DNA of 64,000 nucleotides from Geothrix sp. (GTDB lineage Bacteria; Acidobacteriota; Holophagae; Holophagales; Holophagaceae): NCBI RefSeq assembly GCF_020622065.1, contig NZ_JAHRYQ010000002.1, positions 234,232 to 298,231 of the forward strand, read 5' to 3'. Shown piece by piece: positions 55,662 to 64,000 of this stretch (position 1 is its first letter; each line of letters starts with the position of its first letter). The notes under the pieces were generated by a model. It saw only the letters and a program-made list of their open reading frames with translations, ran no database searches and was not told where the DNA came from. The position numbers and the translations under genes were made by a program.

Positions 55662-56597
55662 GTGAGCTCAGCCGCCCCCTTTCCCCTCGTTGACCGCCAC
55701 ACTCACCTGGAGGGTTCCCTCGACCCCGCCTGGGTCCGAGGTGAGGCCGAGCGCCGTGGGCTGCCGCTGCCCGGACCGCTGGAGACCCTGTGGTCGGGCG
55801 GCGCCGTCCCCTTTCCGGGCTTCATCGAGGCCTTCCTCTTCGGCGCCGCGCTGCTGGACAGCCGTGCGGCTGTGCGCGAGGCCGCCCTGGCCGCGGCGCG
55901 GCGCACGCGATCAGCCGGAGGCACCGGATTCGACCTCTGGGTCTCGCCCCACTTCCTGGTGGTCCACCGCGGCCAGATCAGCCTCGACGCCTTCTGGCTC
56001 GGACTGGAGGACGGGTTGGCCGAGGCTCGCTCCTGGGGCCTGCGGAGCGCCGTGGTGGTGGATGCCGTGAACCACTTCGGCCCCCGGCATGGCCACGCGG
56101 TCCTAGACCTCGTACTGCCGGACCTTCCGTCCTTCGTGAAGGGTTTCTCCACCGGCGGGCTGGAGGGCTGCCCCTTCCGGGACTGGGCTCCCGTCTTTGA
56201 CCGGGCCCGGACCGCGGGCCTCCGCATCGCGGCCCATGCGGGCGAGAACGGGCCGGGGTCCCATGTCCGCGAGGCCATCCTGGAGGGCGGGGTGGCCCGC
56301 ATCGTCCACGGCATCCGGGCCGATGACGCCACCTTGGAGCTGCTGGCGGACCGCCGCATCCCCGTCGACATCTGCCCCAGCTCCAACCAGGCCCTCGCCG
56401 CCGATGTGAGGCCCCACCCCCTGCCCCGGATGCTCAGGGCCGGCGTGCGCTGCGCCCTGGGCACCGACGATCCGGGTGTCATCCCCTGCGACCTGGGAAC
56501 CGAAGCCGAGACCGCCCGGCGCATGGGTCTGGACGAGGTCGCCCTGGCCACCCTCCGGCGGCACGGGGCCGAAGATGCCTGGTGCCTTGAGGCCTGA
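55662..56597 (+). CDS. adenosine/adenine deaminase family protein
   Basis: DRHTHLEGSL, AHAGE, HGIRA and GTDDPGV are metal-dependent deaminase motifs. GTG start. Confidence 0.8.
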   Translation: MSSAAPFPLVDRHTHLEGSLDPAWVRGEAERRGLPLPGPLETLWSGGAVPFPGFIEAFLFGAALLDSRAAVREAALAAARRTRSAGGTGFDLWVSPHFLVVHRGQISLDAFWLGLEDGLAEARSWGLRSAVVVDAVNHFGPRHGHAVLDLVLPDLPSFVKGFSTGGLEGCPFRDWAPVFDRARTAGLRIAAHAGENGPGSHVREAILEGGVARIVHGIRADDATLELLADRRIPVDICPSSNQALAADVRPHPLPRMLRAGVRCALGTDDPGVIPCDLGTEAETARRMGLDEVALATLRRHGAEDAWCLEA

Positions 56598-56653
56598 ACC
56601 AACCCAGGGGTCGAAGCCGCCGGGCGATCCAGGTAGACTAGGGGATTCGGTGC

Positions 56654-56730
56654 GCGCCCATAGCTCAGCTGGATAGAGCATCAGGCTTCGAACCTGAGGG
56701 TCGGGCGTTCGAGTCGCTCTGGGCGCACCA
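56654..56730 (+). tRNA. tRNA-Arg (anticodon UCG)
   Basis: Acceptor gcgccca/tgggcgc, D-arm tagctcagctggatagagca, anticodon loop ct-TCG-aa, T-arm gggcgttcgagtcgctc, CCA encoded. Confidence 0.9.
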
Positions 56731-56752
56731 CCGGTTTGACAATTCGGCTTTT

Positions 56753-56837
56753 TGCGAGCGTGGCGGAACTGGTAGACGCACTGGATTTAGGTTCCAGCGG
56801 TTCACACCATGTCGGTTCGAGTCCGACCGTTCGCACC
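56753..56837 (+). tRNA. tRNA-Leu (anticodon UAG), long variable arm
   Basis: gcgagcgtggcggaactggtagacgc..., anticodon loop tt-TAG-gt, variable arm cagcggttcacaccatg, T-arm tcggttcgagtccga, CCA encoded. Confidence 0.9.
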
Positions 56838-56970
56838 ATTTCGCAGGATTGCGAAATCGGACGGAATCGCCGCCAGGCGATGCCCGCCCGAATGGCAAGG
56901 GCACAGGATGCGCCCGAGTCACCACGAAAGCCGAATAATCCCCGAGTCATTACCGCATCACGGAGCCTCC

Positions 56971-58593
56971 ATGTCCGCCACCCTGCACCACCAGTCCCCC
57001 ACTCGGAAAGCCGTCGAAGTCACGGTGCCCGCCTCCGAAGTGAGCGCCGTCTTCAACGAGGTGGTGGCCAAGATCGCGCCGCAGGTCCGCATTCCCGGCT
57101 TCCGCCCCGGCAAGGCCCCCCGGCCCGTGCTGATGCAGCGCTACGCCCGCGAAATCCAGTCCGATGTGGCCCAGCAGCTCGTCGAGAAGCACTTCTGGAA
57201 GGCCGCCCAGGAAGCGGGCGCCCTGCCCATCTCCCACCCCTCTCTGGAGAAGCTGGATCTGAAGGAAGGCGCCGATGCGGTCTTCCGCGCCCAGTTCGAT
57301 GTCGCTCCCGACATCGAGCTTCCCGACTACAAGTCCCTGGTCCTGACCAAGAAGAAGCGCGCCATCGACGAAGCCACCCTGGATGAGCACATCGAGGGTC
57401 TCCGCCAGCGGGCCACCAAGTTCCTCCCCGTGGAAGACGGCGTGGTGGCCCAGGGCCTCATCGCCACCTGCGATATCCGCGTGAAGCCCCAGGGTCTGAA
57501 GGCCCAGACCTACCAGGACCAGGTGCTGGAGATCGATGCGACCCGCCCCTTCGACGCCCAGCTGGTGGGCCTCAAGAGCGACGAGAAGAAGTCCTTCACC
57601 CTGACCCACCCCGCCGATGACGCCAACACCGTCCTGGCGGGCAAGACGCTGGCCTACGAGGTGCATGTCAAGGATGTCCGCCGCAAGGAAGTGCCCGTGG
57701 TGGGCGATGAGTTCGCCAAGGACCTGGGCGACTTCGAGAACCTCGAGGCCCTGAAGACCGCCGTGCGGAAGGATCTGGAGGAGGCCACCGAGCGCGATGC
57801 CATGGCTCGTCTGCAGGCCACCATGCTGGACACCCTGCTGGACGCCGCGCCTTTCGAAGTGCCCCGTTCCATGGTGGGTCTGCAGCTCGACGACTACTGC
57901 CAGGAGTTCGCCCAGCATGTCGCCCGCCAGGGCATGGATCCCAAGAAGGTGAACTGGCAGGCCTACCGCCAGTACCGCCTGAACGATGCCGAGCGCGCCG
58001 TCCGCAGCGGCTACCTGCTGCAGGCCATCGGCAACGCCGAGTCCATCGAAGTGCCCGAGGCCGACATCGACGCCGAGATCCGCACCTTCATGGCCGAGAA
58101 CCAGATCCAGCAGCCCTTCGATGCCTTCAAGGCCGAGCTTGAACGCCGCGGCAACGCCACGGAGATCAAGGGCCGCCTGCGCACCGACCGGATCTTCGAC
58201 CACCTGCTCACCACCGCCACCGTCACGGAGGAGCTGCTCGACAAGGCCGCCTTCGAGGCCCTGGTCGAGCTGGAGCGCAAGCGCGAGGCCGGGATTCCCG
58301 TGAACCGCTTCGACGCCGGCGGCCTGGAGGGCGGCGACCTCGAGAACCAGGAGGGCGGCGAGCCCGCCGCCGTGGCGCCCGCGGGCCATGTCCACGGCCC
58401 CGACTGTGACCACGATCACGAGCACGAGGCGGAAACTCCCAAGCCGAAAAAGAAGGCCGCCAAGAAGGTCGAGGAGCCGGTCGAGGAGAAGCCCAAGAAG
58501 GCCGCCAAGGCCAAGGAGCCTGCGGCTGAGGAAAAGGCTGGGGAAAAGACCGAAGACAAGCCCAAGGCCAAGAAGCCCGCGGCCAAGAAGTAG
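56971..58593 (+). CDS. tig: trigger factor with ~100-aa His/acidic then Lys-rich C-terminal extension
   Basis: [36 protein letters not shown] is the ribosome-binding GFRxGxxP motif, and the gene sits upstream of clpP. Start refined to ATG 56971 because the ORF upstream part overlaps tRNA-Leu. Confidence 0.9.
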   Translation: MSATLHHQSPTRKAVEVTVPASEVSAVFNEVVAKIAPQVRIPGFRPGKAPRPVLMQRYAREIQSDVAQQLVEKHFWKAAQEAGALPISHPSLEKLDLKEGADAVFRAQFDVAPDIELPDYKSLVLTKKKRAIDEATLDEHIEGLRQRATKFLPVEDGVVAQGLIATCDIRVKPQGLKAQTYQDQVLEIDATRPFDAQLVGLKSDEKKSFTLTHPADDANTVLAGKTLAYEVHVKDVRRKEVPVVGDEFAKDLGDFENLEALKTAVRKDLEEATERDAMARLQATMLDTLLDAAPFEVPRSMVGLQLDDYCQEFAQHVARQGMDPKKVNWQAYRQYRLNDAERAVRSGYLLQAIGNAESIEVPEADIDAEIRTFMAENQIQQPFDAFKAELERRGNATEIKGRLRTDRIFDHLLTTATVTEELLDKAAFEALVELERKREAGIPVNRFDAGGLEGGDLENQEGGEPAAVAPAGHVHGPDCDHDHEHEAETPKPKKKAAKKVEEPVEEKPKKAAKAKEPAAEEKAGEKTEDKPKAKKPAAKK

Positions 58594-58670
58594 CCGTCTG
58601 CGCGATCTCCATGCGGAAGGCGCCTACGGGCGCCTTCTTGCTTTATCCTGAAGCTTCAGCCGGAGGGCCC

Positions 58671-59267
58671 ATGCCCAGCAGCTACTATCCCCCCATCGTC
58701 ATCGAGCAGACGCCCCGCGGCGAGCGCAGCTACGACATCTACTCACGCCTGCTGAAGGACAACATCATCTTCCTGGGCACGGCCATCGACGACAATGTCG
58801 CCAACGCCATCGTGGCCCAGATGCTCTTCCTCGAGAGCGAGGACCCGGACAAGGACATCCAGATCTACATCAACAGCCCCGGCGGCAGCGTCACGGCGGG
58901 CTTGGCCATCTACGACACCATGCAGTTCGTGAAGAACGACATCGTCACCTACTGCATCGGCCAGTGCGCCTCCATGGGCGCCCACCTGCTCGCCGCGGGC
59001 ACCAAGGGCAAGCGCTTCGCCCTGCCCAACGCCCGCATCATGATCCACCAGCCTTCGGGCGGCGCCCAGGGCCAGGCCACGGAGATCGAGATTACCTTCA
59101 AAGAGATCCAGCGCCTGAAGGAGAACCTCGCCGCCACCTTCGCCAAGCACACCGGCCAGCAGCTGAAGAAGGTCATGAAGGACATGGACCGCGACTTCTT
59201 CATGGGTGCCGAGGAGGCCCTGGAATACGGCATCGTGGACAAGGTCCTCTCCGAGCGGCCGGCCTGA
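58671..59267 (+). CDS. clpP: ATP-dependent Clp protease proteolytic subunit
   Basis: [19 protein letters not shown]..., [29 protein letters not shown] and IMIHQP (Ser-His-Asp triad context). Confidence 0.95.
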   Translation: MPSSYYPPIVIEQTPRGERSYDIYSRLLKDNIIFLGTAIDDNVANAIVAQMLFLESEDPDKDIQIYINSPGGSVTAGLAIYDTMQFVKNDIVTYCIGQCASMGAHLLAAGTKGKRFALPNARIMIHQPSGGAQGQATEIEITFKEIQRLKENLAATFAKHTGQQLKKVMKDMDRDFFMGAEEALEYGIVDKVLSERPA

Positions 59268-60394
59268 TGAGCGCGAGCCTCTCCTCCCTTCCCGGATTCG
59301 AGCATCTGTCGCGCATTCCCCTCTATGTGCCCGGCAAGCCCATCCAGGAGGTCCAGCGCGAGCTGGGCCTCACCTCCATCGTCAAGCTGGCCTCCAACGA
59401 GAATCCCTGGGGTCCCACGGAGGCCGTGAAGGCCCGGGTGGCCTCGGTCATCGCCGGTTCCGAGTTCGAAGGGCTGGGCCTCTACCCCGTCAGCGACGGC
59501 TACTACCTTCGCAAGCGCATCGCGGAGCGGAAGGGCCTGGCGGTGGACCGCGTGGTCCTCGGCAACGGCAGCAGCGAAATCCTGGAGATGGTGGCCAAGG
59601 CCGCCTTCCTGGATGGCGGCAGCGCCGTCATCCCCAAGCACAGCTTCGCCATCTACGGCATCGCCACCCAGACCGCCGGCGGCCGCGTCATCGAATCCCG
59701 GGCCACGGCCACGGAGCTCGATGCGGACGACATCCTGCGCTCCGTCGCCGAGGACACGCGCCTCGTCTACCTCGGCAATCCCAACAACCCCACGGGTATC
59801 CGCCTGGAACGCGCCGCCCTGGAGCGCCTCGTGCGCCAGCTGCGCGAAGACATCGTGCTGGTGGTGGACCAGGCCTATGCCGAGTACGAGGATCCCGCCG
59901 GTTACCCGGATGCCGCCGCCTACCTGGATGAGCGCCCGAACCTGCTGGTGCTCCACACCTTCTCGAAGATCCACTCCCTGGCCGCCATGCGCATCGGCTA
60001 TGGCCTGGGCTCGAAGGAGCTGATGGGCTTCCTCGAGCGGGTCCGCAGTCCATTCAACACCAACCACCTGGCCCAGGCCGCAGCGGAAGTCGCCGTCCAG
60101 GACCTGGCCTTCGAGGCCTTCTCGCGCCAGAAGAACACCGAGGCCCGCACCACCTTCGTGCTGGAAGCCGCAAAGCACCGCTGCCAAATCTCAGGGACTT
60201 GCGGCAACTTCATTCTCATGGAGACCGCCTTCCCGGCCGCGGACCTGTTCAAGGAGCTCCTCCAGCGCGGCGTGATCGTGCGGCCCATGCAGGGCTACGG
60301 CCTGCCGAACCACATCCGCGTGACCTTCGGCAAGCCCGAGGAAATGCGGGCCTTCTGGACCGCAGCCGCGCCCCTGCTCGACGGCGGCTGCTGA
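59267..60394 (+). CDS. hisC: histidinol-phosphate aminotransferase
   Basis: VKLASNENPWGP, YLGNPNNPTG and TFSKIHSLAAMRIGY. The ATG overlaps the clpP TGA by 1 nt. Confidence 0.9.
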   Translation: MSASLSSLPGFEHLSRIPLYVPGKPIQEVQRELGLTSIVKLASNENPWGPTEAVKARVASVIAGSEFEGLGLYPVSDGYYLRKRIAERKGLAVDRVVLGNGSSEILEMVAKAAFLDGGSAVIPKHSFAIYGIATQTAGGRVIESRATATELDADDILRSVAEDTRLVYLGNPNNPTGIRLERAALERLVRQLREDIVLVVDQAYAEYEDPAGYPDAAAYLDERPNLLVLHTFSKIHSLAAMRIGYGLGSKELMGFLERVRSPFNTNHLAQAAAEVAVQDLAFEAFSRQKNTEARTTFVLEAAKHRCQISGTCGNFILMETAFPAADLFKELLQRGVIVRPMQGYGLPNHIRVTFGKPEEMRAFWTAAAPLLDGGC

Positions 60395-62074
60395 GTGGCG
60401 CAGGTTCCAGACGAGATCGGGAGATTGCGCGCCCTGCTCACGCAGGGCGCGCATGTCGAATGCAGGGAAGGGCTGGCCCGCCTGCGGGACCGCTACCGGA
60501 TCGAGCCCAGGGCTTTCGATGGGGCGACCATCGCGGCCCTGAAGACCCTGGCCTCCGAACTGGAGGCCCCACCAGATCTGGAATCGGCCCTCAAGGCCAC
60601 CTTCGGCTACGGCACCTTCCGCCCGGGCCAGCGCACCATCATCGAGGCCGTGCTCGCGGGCCGCGATGTGGTGGGCATCATGCCCACGGGCGCGGGGAAG
60701 TCCCTCACCTACCAGTTGCCCGCCCGACTGCTGGGCGGCGTCACGCTGGTGGTCTCGCCCCTCATCGCCCTCATGAAGGACCAGGTGGATGCCCTCACGG
60801 AAGCCGGCCTCCGGGCCACCTTCCTCAACTCCAGCCTCCAGGCAGAGGAGCGCCGCGACCGCATCCGCGCCCTCAAGAACGGCGAGCTGGAACTGGTCTA
60901 CGCCGCGCCGGAGGGCCTCGAGCTCTACCTCGCCGACCTGCTCCGCGAGGTGGACCTGCGCCTCATCGCGGTGGACGAGGCCCACTGCATCAGCCACTGG
61001 GGCCATGATTTCCGCCCCGCCTACCGCACCCTGGCGGGCCTGAAACAGCGATTCCCGCAGGTGCCGGTGCTGGCCCTCACCGCCACCGCCACGCCCGAGG
61101 TGCGCCGCGACATCGCCGTGCAGCTGGAGATGCGGAACCCTCTCGAGGTGCAGGGCTCCTTCTTCCGATCCAACCTGCGGATCAGCGCTTACCGCAAGGG
61201 CGCTGAGGGCCTGCCGCCGGTGCGCGAGGCCCTGCTGCGCCTGGTGCTGGCCCGGCGCGGGGAGAGCGGCATCATCTACTGCCTGTCACGGAAGGCCGTG
61301 GAAGCCACGGCGGCCTTCCTCGCGGGGGAGGGCGTGCGGGCGGCGGCCTACCACGCGGGCATGGACGCCGCCGCCCGGTCGGCCGCCCAGGAGGCGTTCC
61401 AGCGCGACGATGTGGATGTCATCGTGGCCACCGTGGCCTTCGGCATGGGCATCGACAAGAGCAACATTCGCTATGTCATCCACCGCGACATGCCCAAGAG
61501 CGTGGAAGGCTGGTACCAGGAGATCGGCCGCGCGGGCCGCGATGGCGCTGATGCGGACTGCGTCATGTTCTACGGCTGGGGCGATGTCCTCAGCTACGAC
61601 CGCTTCACGGACGGCCTGGACGCGACCCTGGCCCAGGCCCAGCAGCGCCAGACCCGCGACCTCTTCCGCCTGGCCGAGGCCCCGCGCTGCCGCCACCAGG
61701 CCCTGCTGGCGCATTTCGGCGAGCAGATGGACGCCTGCGGGACTTCCTGCGATTGCTGCACGGGCGGCGATCCGCTCCAGGCTGCGCCTTCGCCGGGAAA
61801 GGCCAAGCGCGGCTCGCCGCGGGGTTCCCGTCCGCCGGTGCCCGAAGGCCAGGTGGAAGGTGAAGAGGCCCTCTATCGCGAGCTGAAGGCCCTCCGGAAG
61901 CGGCTGGCCGACACCAAGAGCGTGCCCGCCTATGTGATCTTCAGCGACGCAACCCTCCAGCAGATGGCCCGGTTCCGACCTGGTACCGAGGCGGAATTCC
62001 TGGCCCTGAGCGGCGTGGGGCCGAAGAAGCTCCAGCAGTACGGCGAAGCCTTCCTGGAATTGCTCCGGGGTTGA
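60395..62074 (+). CDS. recQ: ATP-dependent DNA helicase RecQ
   Basis: [50 protein letters not shown], the zinc-binding Cys cluster (CRHQ...CGTSCDCC) and a C-terminal HRDC domain ([16 protein letters not shown]). GTG start. Confidence 0.9.
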   Translation: MAQVPDEIGRLRALLTQGAHVECREGLARLRDRYRIEPRAFDGATIAALKTLASELEAPPDLESALKATFGYGTFRPGQRTIIEAVLAGRDVVGIMPTGAGKSLTYQLPARLLGGVTLVVSPLIALMKDQVDALTEAGLRATFLNSSLQAEERRDRIRALKNGELELVYAAPEGLELYLADLLREVDLRLIAVDEAHCISHWGHDFRPAYRTLAGLKQRFPQVPVLALTATATPEVRRDIAVQLEMRNPLEVQGSFFRSNLRISAYRKGAEGLPPVREALLRLVLARRGESGIIYCLSRKAVEATAAFLAGEGVRAAAYHAGMDAAARSAAQEAFQRDDVDVIVATVAFGMGIDKSNIRYVIHRDMPKSVEGWYQEIGRAGRDGADADCVMFYGWGDVLSYDRFTDGLDATLAQAQQRQTRDLFRLAEAPRCRHQALLAHFGEQMDACGTSCDCCTGGDPLQAAPSPGKAKRGSPRGSRPPVPEGQVEGEEALYRELKALRKRLADTKSVPAYVIFSDATLQQMARFRPGTEAEFLALSGVGPKKLQQYGEAFLELLRG

Positions 62075-62245
62075 AGGCCATAGACCTCTGTCACAACCCG
62101 GAATTGCTGGGATTGATTTGAATGGAGATAGATAATCGGGCGGTCCAGTACCGTCTTGCGAATGCCCTGGGAGGAAATTAGGGTGGGAAGAGACATTTCA
62201 CACTTTGTTGTCGTTTGTCGGTCTTCGTTTTAGGGAGGTGGCTTC

Positions 62246-63697
62246 ATGAGTTTGGGTGAACGCATCAGAGACCTGGTCCGGCTGGCCTTCCAGCTTGGAA
62301 ACAACTGGATGACCCTGATGGGTGTGGCCCTGACGACGAGCTCGGCCTTCACGCTCGTCTGGTTCTGGATCATGGAGATGACGAGCTCGAAGTCCGTGCA
62401 TCCCTATGCGGGCATCCTCCTGTTCCTCATCCTTCCCGCCCTCTTCCTGGTGGGCCTGATCCTCATCCCCGTGGGCATCCTCCGCCTGCGCCGCAAGAAG
62501 CGGCTGGCGGGCGAAGCGCCCACCCCCCTCCAGAAGGTGGACTTCACCCAGCCCAGTGTGCGGCGCCTCCTGCTGGTCGTGGGCGCCCTCACCTTCGTGA
62601 ATGTCGGCATCATGGGCACCGCCGGTCTCAAGGGCGTGGAGTACATGGACTCCAACCGCTTCTGCGGCCTCACCTGCCATACCGTGATGAGCCCCGAGTA
62701 CACGGCTTTCCTGAATTCCCCCCACTCCCGTGTGGGCTGCGCCCAGTGCCACATCGGCCACGGCGCCCCCGCCCTGGTGCGCGCCAAGATCTCCGGCAGC
62801 CGCCAGCTCTTCGCGGTGGCCTTCGGCACCTTCTCCCGCCCCATTCCCAGCCCCGTCGAACACCTGCGCCCCGCCCGCGAGACTTGCGAACAGTGCCACT
62901 GGCCGCAGAAGTTCACGGATGACAAGCTGCTCATCCGCACCAAGTACGCCGAGGATGAGGCCAACACCCCCTCCACCAGCATCCTGCTCCTGAAGATCGG
63001 CGGCCACACCGCCAACGGCACCACCGGCATCCACGGCCGCCACCTCGACGCCATGGAGCGCATCAGCTACATCTCCACCGATCCCCGCCGCCAGGAGATC
63101 CCCAAGGTCACCTACCGCGACGACAACGGCCAGCTGGTTGAATATGTCACCGAGGACTTCAAGAAGCTGCCTCCCGAGAAGCTCGCCAAGGCCTCCGAGC
63201 GCAAGATGGATTGTGTGGACTGCCACAACCGTCCCACCCACGCCTTCGAGCTCCCGGATCGCGCCGTGGACAAGGCCCTGAACCTCAAGCGCATGAGCGC
63301 CGAGCTGCCCTTCATCAAGAAGAAGGCCGTCGAGGTGCTGAAGGTCGAGTACGCGAACCGCGACGAGGCCGCCGCCAAGATCACCCTGGCCATCAATGAG
63401 TTCTACCGCACCAGCTACCCGGATGTGTTCAAGCACAAGCGGGCCCAGGTGGACGCCGCGGCCGAGGCCGTGAAGGCCATCTACCTGCGCAATGTCTTCC
63501 CGGAGATGAAGATCACCTGGGGCACCCACCCGAACAACATCGGCCACGAGGAATCCGTGGGCTGCTTCCGTTGCCACGACGGCAGCCACTCCTCCGCCGA
63601 CGGCCGCACCATCAAGGGCGACTGCGACACCTGCCACACCATCCTGGCCCAGGATGAGAAGGACCCGAAGATCCTCAAGGACTTCGGCATGAAGTGA
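62246..63697 (+). CDS. membrane-anchored hexaheme c-type cytochrome (NapC/NirT- or cytochrome c3-family-like)
   Basis: Three N-terminal TM segments, then heme motifs CGLTCH (CX3CH), CAQCH, CEQCH, CVDCH, CFRCH and CDTCH. Confidence 0.85.
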   Translation: MSLGERIRDLVRLAFQLGNNWMTLMGVALTTSSAFTLVWFWIMEMTSSKSVHPYAGILLFLILPALFLVGLILIPVGILRLRRKKRLAGEAPTPLQKVDFTQPSVRRLLLVVGALTFVNVGIMGTAGLKGVEYMDSNRFCGLTCHTVMSPEYTAFLNSPHSRVGCAQCHIGHGAPALVRAKISGSRQLFAVAFGTFSRPIPSPVEHLRPARETCEQCHWPQKFTDDKLLIRTKYAEDEANTPSTSILLLKIGGHTANGTTGIHGRHLDAMERISYISTDPRRQEIPKVTYRDDNGQLVEYVTEDFKKLPPEKLAKASERKMDCVDCHNRPTHAFELPDRAVDKALNLKRMSAELPFIKKKAVEVLKVEYANRDEAAAKITLAINEFYRTSYPDVFKHKRAQVDAAAEAVKAIYLRNVFPEMKITWGTHPNNIGHEESVGCFRCHDGSHSSADGRTIKGDCDTCHTILAQDEKDPKILKDFGMK

Positions 63698-63732
63698 TGG
63701 CAAGGGCGGAAGCGGTCCCCCAGAATGAAGGC

Positions 63733-64000
63733 ATGACCGCTTCCGCCCTTCCACTGATCGCCATCGACGGCCCGTCGGGCGTGGGGAAATCCACCACCGC
63801 CCGGCGGGTCGCCTCGCGTCTGGGCTGGCAATACCTCGACACCGGAGCCATGTACCGGGCCGCCGCCCTGGCCATCCACCGGGCCGGGCTGGCCCTGGAG
63901 GCGCGGGAGGAACTCGAGCGCGTGCTGGCGGGCCTAGCCCTCACCCAGAAGGGGACGCGGATCTTCTTGGCCGGCGAAGATGTCAGCGAGGCCATCCGCA
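63733..64000 (+). CDS. cmk: cytidylate kinase (5' part, runs off the window)
   Basis: [47 protein letters not shown]. An alternative in-frame ATG at 63697 overlaps the cytochrome stop. Confidence 0.85.
   Translation, partial: MTASALPLIAIDGPSGVGKSTTARRVASRLGWQYLDTGAMYRAAALAIHRAGLALEAREELERVLAGLALTQKGTRIFLAGEDVSEAIR

Noticed and set aside
62113-62126. FNR/CRP-like site TTGATttgaATGGA upstream of the cytochrome gene
   Set aside because: Only one half-site matches TTGAT-N4-ATCAA, and the second half matches 3 of 5. This is too weak to call without comparative data.
62198-63754. 518-aa minus-strand ORF
   Set aside because: It is antisense to the hexaheme cytochrome gene. The cytochrome frame carries six heme motifs and TM helices, while this frame has none.

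Overview
High-G+C bacterial chromosomal segment, possibly Acidobacteriota/Holophagae-like, though I cannot verify this without a database search. It is densely packed with about 55 genes, mostly housekeeping: acnB, ribH-nusB, accB-accC, murJ, dtd, a csp gene, ychF, htpX, tig-clpP, hisC, recQ, cmk and three tRNAs. Lipid and acyl-CoA metabolism genes and signalling genes are also present: HD-GYP, PilZ, a Ser/Thr kinase, and a STAS / anti-sigma kinase / PP2C partner-switching set. The one clearly accessory region is about 8.97-18.87 kb, between murJ and an acyl-CoA ligase gene. It holds a decayed IS1595-family transposase and a low-G+C nucleotidyltransferase-fold gene resembling the GSU2403 family. 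It also holds a 2219-aa RHS/YD-repeat polymorphic toxin (minus strand) with a Sec-type leader. That protein has an unusual PKD plus 3x Ig-like insertion ahead of the RHS core. Its low-G+C C-terminal tip carries LAS/M15-type zinc-peptidase motifs (SPHYEGLAVD ... HFH). A small secreted FG-GAP-like protein follows immediately and is the likely immunity protein. I consider this toxin tip plus immunity pair, with no PAAR, T6SS or TpsB partner in view, the best candidate for an undescribed system. Many very long ORFs in the six-frame track, such as 1273-5037(-) and the 5' part of 28682-32725(+), are antisense or out-of-frame artefacts of high G+C and are rejected. Start codons were refined by eye and function calls rest on recalled family motifs. 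No searches were run.
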